From Opitutia bacterium (GTDB lineage: Bacteria > Verrucomicrobiota > Verrucomicrobiia > Opitutales > Seribacteraceae), in contig NZLE01000032.1 of NCBI GenBank assembly GCA_002692605.1, positions 23,639 through 59,157 of the forward strand: DNA of 35,519 nucleotides. Direction: 5' to 3'. The position numbers and the translations under genes were made by a program. Positions 8,589-17,417 of this stretch are shown one piece after another. The notes beneath the pieces are model-generated. The model worked only from the letters and a program-made list of their open reading frames with translations, did not search any database and was not told the DNA's origin. The first letter of the stretch is position 1. Each line of letters begins with the position of its first letter.

Positions 8589-8956
8589 TTACTTTTTTGA
8601 ATTTTGGATTACGGGGTGAGCGACGTCGGGCCAAATTGGCGTGTCGTTGCGAAGGGTTTTTCGGCACCGAAAACTCCGCGTTTGAGCGTGGTGCGCCAAC
8701 AATATCTGCCCGTGAGCAAGCCATATCGAGAAGGGGGGCAGACGGTATCCGGGGAGTGTCCATCCGTAAGTGTGATGCCTTCCTTTGCGAGTCGGTCCAG
8801 ATTCGGAGTCTTGAACTTGGAATCGGGGTTCAGCAGAGAGAAGTCCCCATAACCCTGATCATCCGTGTGGATTAGAATGATATTTGGCTTGGTTGCCCCA
8901 AAGGATAATGAGCTGATAATTGATAAATAAAAAGTATGAAAGGACTTCAATTTCAT
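8589..8956 (-). pseudogene. Internally deleted arylsulfatase relic: N-terminal ~100 aa fused out of frame to the probable original C-terminal ~20 aa
   Basis: ATG 8956 overlaps the upstream TGA (ATGA). Has a signal peptide, NIILIHTDDQGYGD and VCPPSRYGLLTGRYCWRT, then stops at 8609 after ~115 aa with no GKWH or SDNG. A shifted frame reads LRNDTPIWPDVAHPVIQNSKK* ending at 8589. Confidence 0.8.
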
Positions 8957-10419
8957 GGTCGCCAAGGAATTGTACGGTCGAAGATATCGCCGTAGGGTTG
9001 GTATCCGTTGTAATCAACGCCGTGGCGACGCCAAGCCTCCACTGCATCGTCGTATCGAGCCCGCATCTTTCTTAACTCTTTCCGCTTGATCGAAGCCAAA
9101 TTGGTCAGTTCGTGAGGATCCTTGGCGAGGTGATACAACTCTTCGGTGGGTTCGAAATCCCCCGACTCGTAGGGCCAGTAAATATACTTGTAGTCTTTCG
9201 TCACGACTCCAAAGGAATGCGCTGCTTTCGGTCCCCAAACGTTGATCAGAGCGGCAGTCTCACGGACCTGCGCCTTGGGGTTGTCGAGGAGAGGGAGCAG
9301 GCTGACACCGTCCAATCCCGCGGGTACCTCCAAACCGGCAAGATCCAGAATGGTGGACGCCACGTCGATGTTTGCGGTCAGGGCGTCGGAACGCAAGTTC
9401 TTGCCGCTGGAGGAGTGCCTCGGGTCGTAAATAATCAACGGTACGTTCGTCGACTCTTCGTAGGGAAGAACCTTGGAGCCGTAACCGTGAGAACCGCAAA
9501 GGAAGCCATTGTCCGAACTGAAGATGAAGACAGTGTTCTTTTCAATACCCGCTTCCTTCACCGCCTTACGGATCATCCCCACACCCGCGTCCACTCCGTG
9601 GACCATTTGATGATAGATTGCCATGACCTGATCATATTTGTCACGGTAGCCCCAACTGACAAAGCGTTCGTACTGCCGACCCTGTTTGCTTTGCCGCGAA
9701 AAGTGCTCTCCGTGTTGACGGCCATAGTTAGCCGGTTTGGTGAAGGTTTTTCCTGTGTACAAGTGATCAAAAAGAGGATCCGGTTGGTCCGGTTTGTGTG
9801 GTGCCTTGAAACTGATCGAGAGACAGAAAGGCTTTTTGCCTTTAGCCGACTCCTTGATGAAGTCGCGGCCGAACGCTCCGTAAGACCGAGAAGAGTGCGG
9901 ATACTCGTCGGCGTAGGCCTTCATGCTTGGGTTTTTGGCTGTGGCATAGTGGGTTTGCCCAGGTCCCCCACCCCATTTGTGGAAATCGCCTTCGGGCAAA
10001 TATTTCGGTCCGTTTTCGATGCCTTTACGAACCTCGAATCCGAATTTTCCCGCAAAGGCAGTAACGTATCCAGCCTCACGAAGCCGAATGGGATAAGAGG
10101 TTTTCCAGAGGCGCTCGGTCAATGGTCCATGTTCGAAATTGCATCCATGTCGATATTCGTAGAGCCCCGTCATAACGTTGACCCGGCTGGCCATGCATAT
10201 TGCGGTCGTGTCGTAATGGTGGTCGAAGGTCATGCCATCCGATGACAACCTGTCGATGTGCGGAGTCTTGACCTCCTTGTTGCCGTAGCAGCCGAGCGAG
10301 TAACTGGACTGGTCATCGGTGAAAAGAAAAATAATGTTGGGCCTACTGTCGGCCCTTATTTCAAGAGCAAAAAAAAGTGCCAGAAGATAAGGAAAAGAAG
10401 ATTTAAATAAATTTGCCAT
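8953..10419 (-). CDS. Exported S1 sulfatase (N-acetylglucosamine-6-sulfatase/mucin-desulfating-like), CMASR motif
   Basis: Start reassigned to ATG 10419 (MANLFKSSFPYLLALFFALEIRA), 2 bp after the upstream stop; NIIFLFTDDQ; AICMASRVNVMTG; AGKFG; SFKAPH; SSDNG; KVLPYEES. Confidence 0.93.
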   Translation of the reverse strand: MANLFKSSFPYLLALFFALEIRADSRPNIIFLFTDDQSSYSLGCYGNKEVKTPHIDRLSSDGMTFDHHYDTTAICMASRVNVMTGLYEYRHGCNFEHGPLTERLWKTSYPIRLREAGYVTAFAGKFGFEVRKGIENGPKYLPEGDFHKWGGGPGQTHYATAKNPSMKAYADEYPHSSRSYGAFGRDFIKESAKGKKPFCLSISFKAPHKPDQPDPLFDHLYTGKTFTKPANYGRQHGEHFSRQSKQGRQYERFVSWGYRDKYDQVMAIYHQMVHGVDAGVGMIRKAVKEAGIEKNTVFIFSSDNGFLCGSHGYGSKVLPYEESTNVPLIIYDPRHSSSGKNLRSDALTANIDVASTILDLAGLEVPAGLDGVSLLPLLDNPKAQVRETAALINVWGPKAAHSFGVVTKDYKYIYWPYESGDFEPTEELYHLAKDPHELTNLASIKRKELRKMRARYDDAVEAWRRHGVDYNGYQPYGDIFDRTIPWRP

Positions 10420-10421
10420 TT

Positions 10422-11825
10422 CTAGTTTCGGAGTCGACTTTTGTATTCGGGCCTGTCCTTCCAGTCTTGGAAGTGTTTTCGGTATTCGGGGATTTCGGTC
10501 CAAAAGGTTCGCGGAGGTTGCTCATCCACTTGTTTCTCCGGGTAATCCATCCCGTTGACGCTATCGGAAATGGATTGTCTCGCTTCATGGAGGATCGCTC
10601 GGAGCTTCTTGGCGCGAGGATGATTGGGCCGGAACAGATTCTTGCTTTCGGAAAGATCCTTTGAAAGATCGAACATTTCCAGTTTGCGTCCCTCGCCCTG
10701 AGGTTGAGAGAGGAATTTCCATTGGTTATCGATGACCGCCATCCTTCCTCTACTGCTGAAAATCAGGGGTTTGGAACGGCTTTTGGGCTCATTGTCAAAA
10801 AGAGGAAGCAGACTCTCGCCATCCACCGGGTTCAGCATGGCCTTCGGAGGAAGTCCGACGATTTCGGCAATGGTGGGAAAAACGTCCACCGCGCCCGACG
10901 GATAGGAACTGACCCTTGAAGCCCTTATTTTTTGCGGCCATTCGATGATGGCTGGAACGCGGAGGCCACCTTCATACATACTACCCTTGAAATCTCTCAG
11001 ACCTCCTGTGGTGGAAGGCTCGATTTTGGGCAAACCTCCATTGTCGCTGGTAAACCATACGAGGGTCTCTTTTTCAATTTTCATTTTTCTCAAACCGGAT
11101 CTAAGAGTCCCAATGCTTCGATCCATGGCTCGCAGTTCGGCATAATGGTTTTTGGAATTCTCGTTCAGTCCCAGGAACGGTTTTGCGTCTCTCCGAAGAG
11201 CCATCCAAGGGCTATGTGGCGTGCCATACCAGATGACCGTGAAAAAGGGTTGCTCCGAGCGTACCTGTTCCTCCATGAAGCGGAGCGCTTCCTTGACGAT
11301 GATTTCGGAGGAATCACCTTGAAATTCCTCGAACTCTCCCTGGCGGCTCATGATTGGATTCAGATCGAAAAAGTTGGTGACGGACAACCACTTTTGAAAA
11401 CCAAAGTCCTTGGGTCCGTTCGGATACTGAGAAAGGACAGGGACACCTGGACCTCTCAGGCCATTGAGATGCCATTTTCCGAAGTGTCCGGTCGCATAAC
11501 CGGATTTTTTGAGAGCCTCCGGGAGAGTCCTTTCCTGCTTCCTAAGAGCATATCCGTGATCGAAGACTCCCGTGCGGTCATGGGTTCGGCCCGTGAGTAC
11601 GGATGCTCTTGTGGGAGAACAGACCGGGCCACCCGCATAAAATCGGTCCAAACGGAGGCCGTTGTCAGCCATTTCGTCCAAGTTTGGTGTCTTTAGAATG
11701 GGGTGGTTGTAATAGCCGGTTTGCCCCCAGCCCTGATCATCTGCCATAACCAAAACGAAATTTGTTTTCTTACCATGTAAAAACAATGGTAAAATAAAAA
11801 CGAAGTAGGCAAAAAAGGGTTTCAT
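10422..11825 (-). CDS. Exported S1 sulfatase (GALNS-like)
   Basis: Signal peptide; NFVLVMADDQGWG; VCSPTRASVLTG; GKWHLNG; SDNG; KGSMYEGGLRVP. Confidence 0.95.
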   Translation of the reverse strand: MKPFFAYFVFILPLFLHGKKTNFVLVMADDQGWGQTGYYNHPILKTPNLDEMADNGLRLDRFYAGGPVCSPTRASVLTGRTHDRTGVFDHGYALRKQERTLPEALKKSGYATGHFGKWHLNGLRGPGVPVLSQYPNGPKDFGFQKWLSVTNFFDLNPIMSRQGEFEEFQGDSSEIIVKEALRFMEEQVRSEQPFFTVIWYGTPHSPWMALRRDAKPFLGLNENSKNHYAELRAMDRSIGTLRSGLRKMKIEKETLVWFTSDNGGLPKIEPSTTGGLRDFKGSMYEGGLRVPAIIEWPQKIRASRVSSYPSGAVDVFPTIAEIVGLPPKAMLNPVDGESLLPLFDNEPKSRSKPLIFSSRGRMAVIDNQWKFLSQPQGEGRKLEMFDLSKDLSESKNLFRPNHPRAKKLRAILHEARQSISDSVNGMDYPEKQVDEQPPRTFWTEIPEYRKHFQDWKDRPEYKSRLRN

Positions 11826-11832
11826 GATAGAC

Positions 11833-14800
11833 TTATTTAACGATTAGTTTTCCTTTCATGATCGTCCAATGGCCAGGGAAACTGCAGAGATAGGGATATT
11901 CTCCTGATTTGTCGGGTGCTTTAAATCGAAGAATCTCACTATCCCCTTGCTTAAGCATTTTAGTATGTACGATTATTTTTTTGGATGAAGGAATGAATTG
12001 CCCGCTTTTGGCGGCCTCGGGATCCGCAGCCATGAGGTTGGCGGCCGTCCCAATTTCCTCGAGCGATCCGGGCTGAACTAATACAAGATTATGGGGGGTG
12101 GCATCGGGGTTGAGGAATTCGAGGCGTATGGGTTGGTTTCGTTTGGCTTCTATGGTTTCGACGTCAAAGAGCATCCGCTCCTTGATGCATTTGATTCGAA
12201 CCTTGAGCAAGTTTCTTTGCCGGTCAAACTTGGAATTCTTCTTGGATTCCTCAGCCTCCCGCTCCTTTCGTTTCTGCTTGGAAAACAGAGCGGCGATCTT
12301 GGGATGTTCGACACTCACCGTTTCGGAATCCCAAAACTTACTCATTGATTCCGATCCCAGAGAGGTGTTTATGGCATAGGTAAGATGCTTTTCGTGCGGC
12401 AGGGAGGCAATGCCCTTGAGGGTTTCGAAAGCGTTGGCCGTACCAAGGTAGCTACAGGCAATTGCCGCTTCCAACCTGACCAAACCATTTTCGTCACGGG
12501 CGGCTTTCTCCAGTAAGGATTTACCATTTTCAGCATGGGAATACCAATGCCGAAGTTGACGAGCTGCCGCTGCTCGCGCATTGTGATTTTCGCATGAAAG
12601 GAGCTCCGCGAGAAGTTTGACGTTGGCCAATTCAAGATTTCGATAAGTCCACATCGCCTCCACTTGATGATGCCGGTAACGGGGATCTTGGGGATTGAGC
12701 TCGGTAAGCCATTTGTCCAAAGCGTCCTTAACGACCTTAGGGTGCATTTCCCTAATCTCTCTTTTGGCCCAATACCGATATCGGTATTCCCTTCGTTTGA
12801 GAAGGTCGAGCAATTCTTCAATGGAGGCTCCGGTGATCTTGGGAGCGAGCGCGGGTTTGGCTCCCTTGGGGAAAATCCTCCAAATTCGACCGGAAGTTCT
12901 ATCCCTGCGGTCATCTCGCAAGGAGTATTGGGCATGACCCTTGACGGGGTTATACCAGTCGCAGACGTACATACCGCCTTTCGGACCGTATCTCAGGTCC
13001 ACCGGAATGAAGCTCAGGTTGGAAGAGAAAAGGATGTCTGAGAGGTACTCTTCCTCATAGCCATATTCATATTCCTTCCATTTGAGAAGTTCCACGCGGT
13101 TGGTTGGCTTATAGCGAACCTTCACCATCATACCCTGCAATTCCTCGGGCCAATTTGGAAAATCGATGAATTCCTGACCGCAGACCCCGGAATAGGCCTG
13201 TAGTCCCGATGGCCGTGGGTGTTGCTTCGGGTAAGGCGGGTCCAGGGCATGATGGGCGGAGGCAAATATGGGATAACTGGCAACGTGTTGGCCCCAATCG
13301 TCAAAAGTCACGCCCCATGGGTTGGTGCTTGGATGAGAGCCAAAGGCAGTGAGTCTGTGCAGCTTGGGCTCCCAAGAAAACCAACCGCTGTTTTGTTGTC
13401 GAACGGGGCCATAGGGAGTTTCCACTTGGGAGTGATGAAAGATGGACTCTCGGAAAATCAGATCACCATCCGGTGTCCAAGCAAAGTCGTGCAGAGCATG
13501 ATGGGAGTCCTCGCACCCGAAACCGGTAAGGGGGATTTCCCTTAGATCCGCTTTGCCGTCTCCATTCGTATCCATGAGAAAGGTCATGTGCGGTTCTTCC
13601 GAAACGTAGACCCCACCATCGCCGAATTCAAAGGAAAGGGGAACGTTCAGACCCTCTGCCCAAACATTACAGCTGTCAGCCTTACCGTCGCCGTTCAGAT
13701 CCTCTAGAATCACGATCTTGTCATTCGGAGCCTGACCGGGATAGACGTGAGGATAAGTGGTGGAACAGGATACCCACATTCTGCCAAGTCCGTCCCATCT
13801 CATCTGAATCGGGCAAGCAAGTTCAGGGAACTGTTCCTCGCTGGCGAACAAGGATACTTCAAACCGCGGATCTACCTTGAACGCATTCGATTCCTCTTGG
13901 GGATTCATCCACTTGTTGGCCCCTCGGCTTTGTTTGGTGATGGGCAGGGGTGGTACGTTGGAGTCGTCGATGATCGGGCTCGGGTTTTCTCCGTTGACCA
14001 AACGATGAATGCGCTGGTCCCGGTTGGCAGTCATGAGATCGAAATTTCGCATGGCCGGAAGAAAGTCGAGGTATCCGTAACTTCCGCGCCTTCCTCCCGT
14101 GTAATAAAAGGTGTTAAGAGGCCGATAACGATAGAAATGCTGGGTATTCTTTTCAATCACGGCGGCCCGCACGTCTTCGTCCATGGTAGGCGCTTTTTTC
14201 CCGATAAGCCCTTCGTAAAGAACGCTTCCGAAATGAAGATACCCTTTTTGGTTGAGATGACATCCGTTTATGGTCAAAGGATCCGCGCCCTTGTTCATGA
14301 GAGCCTTGGTTCGATGAAAGCAATTGACGAATCCGACCTTTTCCCGTTTGGCAACTCGGGCCATTGCCTTGACGTAAGATTGAAGAGTGGCGTTATTCAA
14401 GTCAGCGGCCGAAACGCCTTCGACGTTTTCGTTGGAAATGGGTGAAACCAAAACGATTTTTGCAGCGGTTTTGCCATTGTAAGCTTTTGATTTGAGGTCC
14501 TGAAGGTACTTCGCCAAACGAATTTCGAAAGAGGGCAACTCTTCGTTTCCTCCAAAAGCCTCGTTAAAGCCAAAGGCCGCAAGAATCAGATCGGCCTTCA
14601 TCGCAACCAAATGTTGTTCGGCATCCGCAAAGTCAGCCGGTCGCGGTTGCAGGTCGATTTCGTCCGCTGACCAAGCCAAGTTCCGCAGAACCAATTTATG
14701 GCCGGGGTGTCCAAGCTGCAAAAGCGCTTCGAAATGTCCAAAGTCTCTCATGCGGTCGAATAAGGTATTCCCCACCAAGCCGATGCGCATTCCCTTCGAA

Positions 14801-14979
14801 AGGTTCAGAGGTAAGCGAGTGACCACGGGATCCGAGGCTTGAGCCCGCTCGGCCGTACTTTCAAACATTGCATACTTTTGATAGTCTTCTTCCTCTGCCT
14901 GCAGAATGGCTGTAAAAGGAACTGGATGGATTGCAAAAAGGGGTGTTATGGCTAGTAGAAAAGGGATTTTCCGGTTCAT
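11833..14979 (-). CDS. Exported multidomain protein: degenerate SGNH/GDSL domain + DUF7133/sorbosone-dehydrogenase-like beta-propeller + HEAT repeats + C-terminal azurin-type cupredoxin
   Basis: LVGNTL, AFGFNE and TINGCHLN SGNH blocks; LFASEEQFPELACPIQMRWDGLGRMWV; DLNGDGKAD and DTNGDGKAD; FGCEDSHH; NPWG; HEAT-like ARAAAARQL and VRLEAAIACS; type-1 Cu HNLVL...YPYLCSFPGHWTIM. Confidence 0.85.
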   Translation of the reverse strand: MNRKIPFLLAITPLFAIHPVPFTAILQAEEEDYQKYAMFESTAERAQASDPVVTRLPLNLSKGMRIGLVGNTLFDRMRDFGHFEALLQLGHPGHKLVLRNLAWSADEIDLQPRPADFADAEQHLVAMKADLILAAFGFNEAFGGNEELPSFEIRLAKYLQDLKSKAYNGKTAAKIVLVSPISNENVEGVSAADLNNATLQSYVKAMARVAKREKVGFVNCFHRTKALMNKGADPLTINGCHLNQKGYLHFGSVLYEGLIGKKAPTMDEDVRAAVIEKNTQHFYRYRPLNTFYYTGGRRGSYGYLDFLPAMRNFDLMTANRDQRIHRLVNGENPSPIIDDSNVPPLPITKQSRGANKWMNPQEESNAFKVDPRFEVSLFASEEQFPELACPIQMRWDGLGRMWVSCSTTYPHVYPGQAPNDKIVILEDLNGDGKADSCNVWAEGLNVPLSFEFGDGGVYVSEEPHMTFLMDTNGDGKADLREIPLTGFGCEDSHHALHDFAWTPDGDLIFRESIFHHSQVETPYGPVRQQNSGWFSWEPKLHRLTAFGSHPSTNPWGVTFDDWGQHVASYPIFASAHHALDPPYPKQHPRPSGLQAYSGVCGQEFIDFPNWPEELQGMMVKVRYKPTNRVELLKWKEYEYGYEEEYLSDILFSSNLSFIPVDLRYGPKGGMYVCDWYNPVKGHAQYSLRDDRRDRTSGRIWRIFPKGAKPALAPKITGASIEELLDLLKRREYRYRYWAKREIREMHPKVVKDALDKWLTELNPQDPRYRHHQVEAMWTYRNLELANVKLLAELLSCENHNARAAAARQLRHWYSHAENGKSLLEKAARDENGLVRLEAAIACSYLGTANAFETLKGIASLPHEKHLTYAINTSLGSESMSKFWDSETVSVEHPKIAALFSKQKRKEREAEESKKNSKFDRQRNLLKVRIKCIKERMLFDVETIEAKRNQPIRLEFLNPDATPHNLVLVQPGSLEEIGTAANLMAADPEAAKSGQFIPSSKKIIVHTKMLKQGDSEILRFKAPDKSGEYPYLCSFPGHWTIMKGKLIVK

Positions 14980-16398
14980 TTATCTGTTTTTGTTTAGTGT
15001 TGATTGGAGAATTTCTTCGAGCTTTCTGACTAAATTCGGCCGTTCGCTGGCAATATTTTTGGTTTCGGCATCGCGAGTGCGGTGGTCATATAATTCGAAA
15101 GTCCCGTCCGCATGCGAAATCAACCGATGATTCTTAGTCCTAACGGTCAGTGCGCCTTTCTTGCCATAGGAAATTGCCGGGTGGCCGCTAGCTTCCGGAT
15201 TTTGCAGAATGGGCATAAGGGATTTTCCATCCAAGTGATTTGGGGTTTCGAGACCTGCCAATTCGCAAATCGTTGGAAAAAGGTCGAGTGTTTCAACGAT
15301 GGAATCACTGGGGACACCCGGATTGGGGATTCCAGGGTAAGAGATGATCAGAGGAGACCGCAGGGATTCCTCGAAGAGGGCATGCTTTCCCCAAATCGCA
15401 TGCTCTCCGAGATGCCAACCATGATCCCCCCAGAGAATGACCGCGGTTCTTTTCCTGAGCCCCAACTTTTCAAGTTTGCCGAGCAGTTGACCGATCAAGC
15501 TGTCGACGTAGGTAATGCATGCCGCATAATGCTTGCGGACCATGATGGCAAATTCCGGATCTTTGTTGGGATCGCGTTGCCAACGGTTGTATTTCATGAA
15601 TTCACCGGATCCATGCCAAGTTGTTTTTCCTTGGGGTTTGAAAGGGTGAGGCGTAGGGGGGAGAGAGATTTTTTCGTAAGGCTTCAAATATTTTGCGGGA
15701 GCTCCAAAAGGAAGGTGCGGACGAATGAACCCAGTCGCCAAAAAGAAAGGTTTCTTTGTCGTGGCTAGGTGGTCGAGCTGCTTGATGGCCTCTCGTAGGA
15801 TCAGACCATCTGGGTAAGAGTCATCTTTTCCGGCAAAGGCCTGGTAGATGTCCATTTCATTGGCGTTCTTTCTGATTTCTCCCTTTGCCAAGCCGTGCAT
15901 GACACCGCGCGGATGTTGCCATGGGCCCGTGGGAAGAAGATGCCGGTCCCAGGATTCGGGCATCTCAAGCTTGCCTTCATCATTCCAGTCAGGCCCACCT
16001 TTTCCTCCTGGATGATGAGATACTTTTCCAACGGATACGGAAGTGTATCCGCGCTTTCTGAACCATGCTGGGAGACTGGGGTGTCGAAGGTTTTCGGAAC
16101 GAACGAAAAGAGCTCCGTTGTGAGGAGGGCCATACCTCCCCGTCAAAAGAGTGTAACGGGAAGCTCCGCAGGTTGGGGCTTGAACGTAATGCCTGTAGAA
16201 AGGCCTCCCTTCTTTCGCGAGGCGATCAATGTTGGGTGATTTTACGTAGTTGACGCCAAAGGAACCAAGCTCCGGCCTCAAGTCATCCACGCAAACGAGC
16301 AGGACGTTGGGTTGTTTTATGGCAAGAGCCAGCAGGTTCGTCACTAGGTAGAGAAACGACAGACTGGAAATCAGCGACTTGAAGAGGTGAGGGGGCAC
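14980..16398 (-). CDS. Exported S1 sulfatase (iduronate-2-sulfatase-like), CGASR motif
   Basis: Likely start GTG 16398, since the track start at 16572 overlaps the upstream gene; [15 protein letters not shown]; [15 protein letters not shown]; GKVSHH; GFIRPHLPF; [11 protein letters not shown]. Confidence 0.93.
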   Translation of the reverse strand: MPPHLFKSLISSLSFLYLVTNLLALAIKQPNVLLVCVDDLRPELGSFGVNYVKSPNIDRLAKEGRPFYRHYVQAPTCGASRYTLLTGRYGPPHNGALFVRSENLRHPSLPAWFRKRGYTSVSVGKVSHHPGGKGGPDWNDEGKLEMPESWDRHLLPTGPWQHPRGVMHGLAKGEIRKNANEMDIYQAFAGKDDSYPDGLILREAIKQLDHLATTKKPFFLATGFIRPHLPFGAPAKYLKPYEKISLPPTPHPFKPQGKTTWHGSGEFMKYNRWQRDPNKDPEFAIMVRKHYAACITYVDSLIGQLLGKLEKLGLRKRTAVILWGDHGWHLGEHAIWGKHALFEESLRSPLIISYPGIPNPGVPSDSIVETLDLFPTICELAGLETPNHLDGKSLMPILQNPEASGHPAISYGKKGALTVRTKNHRLISHADGTFELYDHRTRDAETKNIASERPNLVRKLEEILQSTLNKNR

Positions 16399-16508
16399 CG
16401 TACAAGACAAAAGAGCAAAACGAAGAATTGACAACCTAAGAAGACGTGAACGCCATAAAAAATTCGACGAATGAGAGTTGAAAGCCTTACGGCTGACTCG
16501 ATATGGCC

Positions 16509-17291
16509 TTATCGATTGATTCTCACCGAAAGGGATCCACCTCGCGAAAAAGAATTCGATGAAATCCCCCACCCCTCTAAGGATCCTCCCAGCCTTTCGC
16601 CAAATGAGTTGAGGTAAGCGGGAGCAGGTCCGCGGGGCAAGACGACGATCGGCTTGTGGTTTTGTTTTTGATTCAAATAGACAACTCTTTGCGGCTGCTT
16701 ATAGAGGAGCGGTCCGTTGACTCTGGTCATGCTTGGGAACGTCCCTGTGGGAAGATAACTAGTGACGGAACGCATTGCAGTCGAAGTATCCGTACGGAAT
16801 ACGATCCATGCTTGCCAGTTTCCATGGACCAAGTCAAAGCTCACTTGGGTCGCGTTGAAGCGTTTGTATTTTTGGCCCAATTGGTCATATCCTTGTACCC
16901 ATGCGAGAAAAGGGCTTTGGCCATAGCCATATGAAGTCAGCGAATTCGCTTGGTTTTTGGCAATCGCCGCGCCATAACCGATTTGACCGGATTCGAGTAA
17001 TCTCAAATAGATTTTCAAATGACCTGGATAATCTCGCCCCACCATAAGGTAATTCTCTTTCTTGCCTTGTAGCCATTGGCGCGCGTAAGCCTGATCCGAG
17101 AAACTGAAAGCGGATAGTTTTGAGCGAAAGCTCCTCCCGTCTGAGCGCCGAATGGTTACGGTTTGGGAAGGTTCGTTAACTGCAACCAGGGTCGCTTCAA
17201 TGGTGCGAAGCCCATCCGATGAAGTGAAGGTTCTGCTTGGAGAGCTTATGGAAGCAGAAAGGAAAAGGAAAACTGGCAATAAAGCTTTCAA
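16509..17291 (-). CDS. Exported SHD1 (SLA1 homology domain 1)-like protein with an unknown C-terminal region
   Basis: Signal peptide followed by [17 protein letters not shown]...[11 protein letters not shown]...[15 protein letters not shown], the usual PVC SHD1 pattern (RtWT..DG..ieA..., LS..DQ.Y...W). Confidence 0.72.
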   Translation of the reverse strand: MKALLPVFLFLSASISSPSRTFTSSDGLRTIEATLVAVNEPSQTVTIRRSDGRSFRSKLSAFSFSDQAYARQWLQGKKENYLMVGRDYPGHLKIYLRLLESGQIGYGAAIAKNQANSLTSYGYGQSPFLAWVQGYDQLGQKYKRFNATQVSFDLVHGNWQAWIVFRTDTSTAMRSVTSYLPTGTFPSMTRVNGPLLYKQPQRVVYLNQKQNHKPIVVLPRGPAPAYLNSFGERLGGSLEGWGISSNSFSRGGSLSVRINR

Positions 17292-17298
17292 GGGTAAT

Positions 17299-17328
17299 AA
17301 TCTAGCTGCGCTTCCCTAGATCAGTCAA
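17299..17328 (-). promoter_or_regulatory. Putative sigma70 promoter (near-leaderless) for the SHD1 gene
   Basis: Minus strand TTGACT-18 nt-TAGATT-7 nt-TTG (17291). Confidence 0.45.
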
Positions 17329-17417
17329 ATGCTCGGAAACCTTTTTTTTGTCTTGTCGAAGTGGGTTTGAGCGTTGCAATGACCTTACGCAACAAATCCT
17401 CAAACAAATAAATTCCA

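Noticed and set aside
10420-10503. Track start extensions (10503, 16572, 2495, 23249, 24284, 25943)
   Set aside because: They overlap neighbouring genes or promoter-like elements; downstream starts give proper signal peptides or family-typical N-termini
17373-17393. GTTGC-N11-GCAAC inverted repeat in the divergent intergenic region as an operator
   Set aside because: Only 5-bp arms, no second copy noticed and no regulator in the window; indistinguishable from chance
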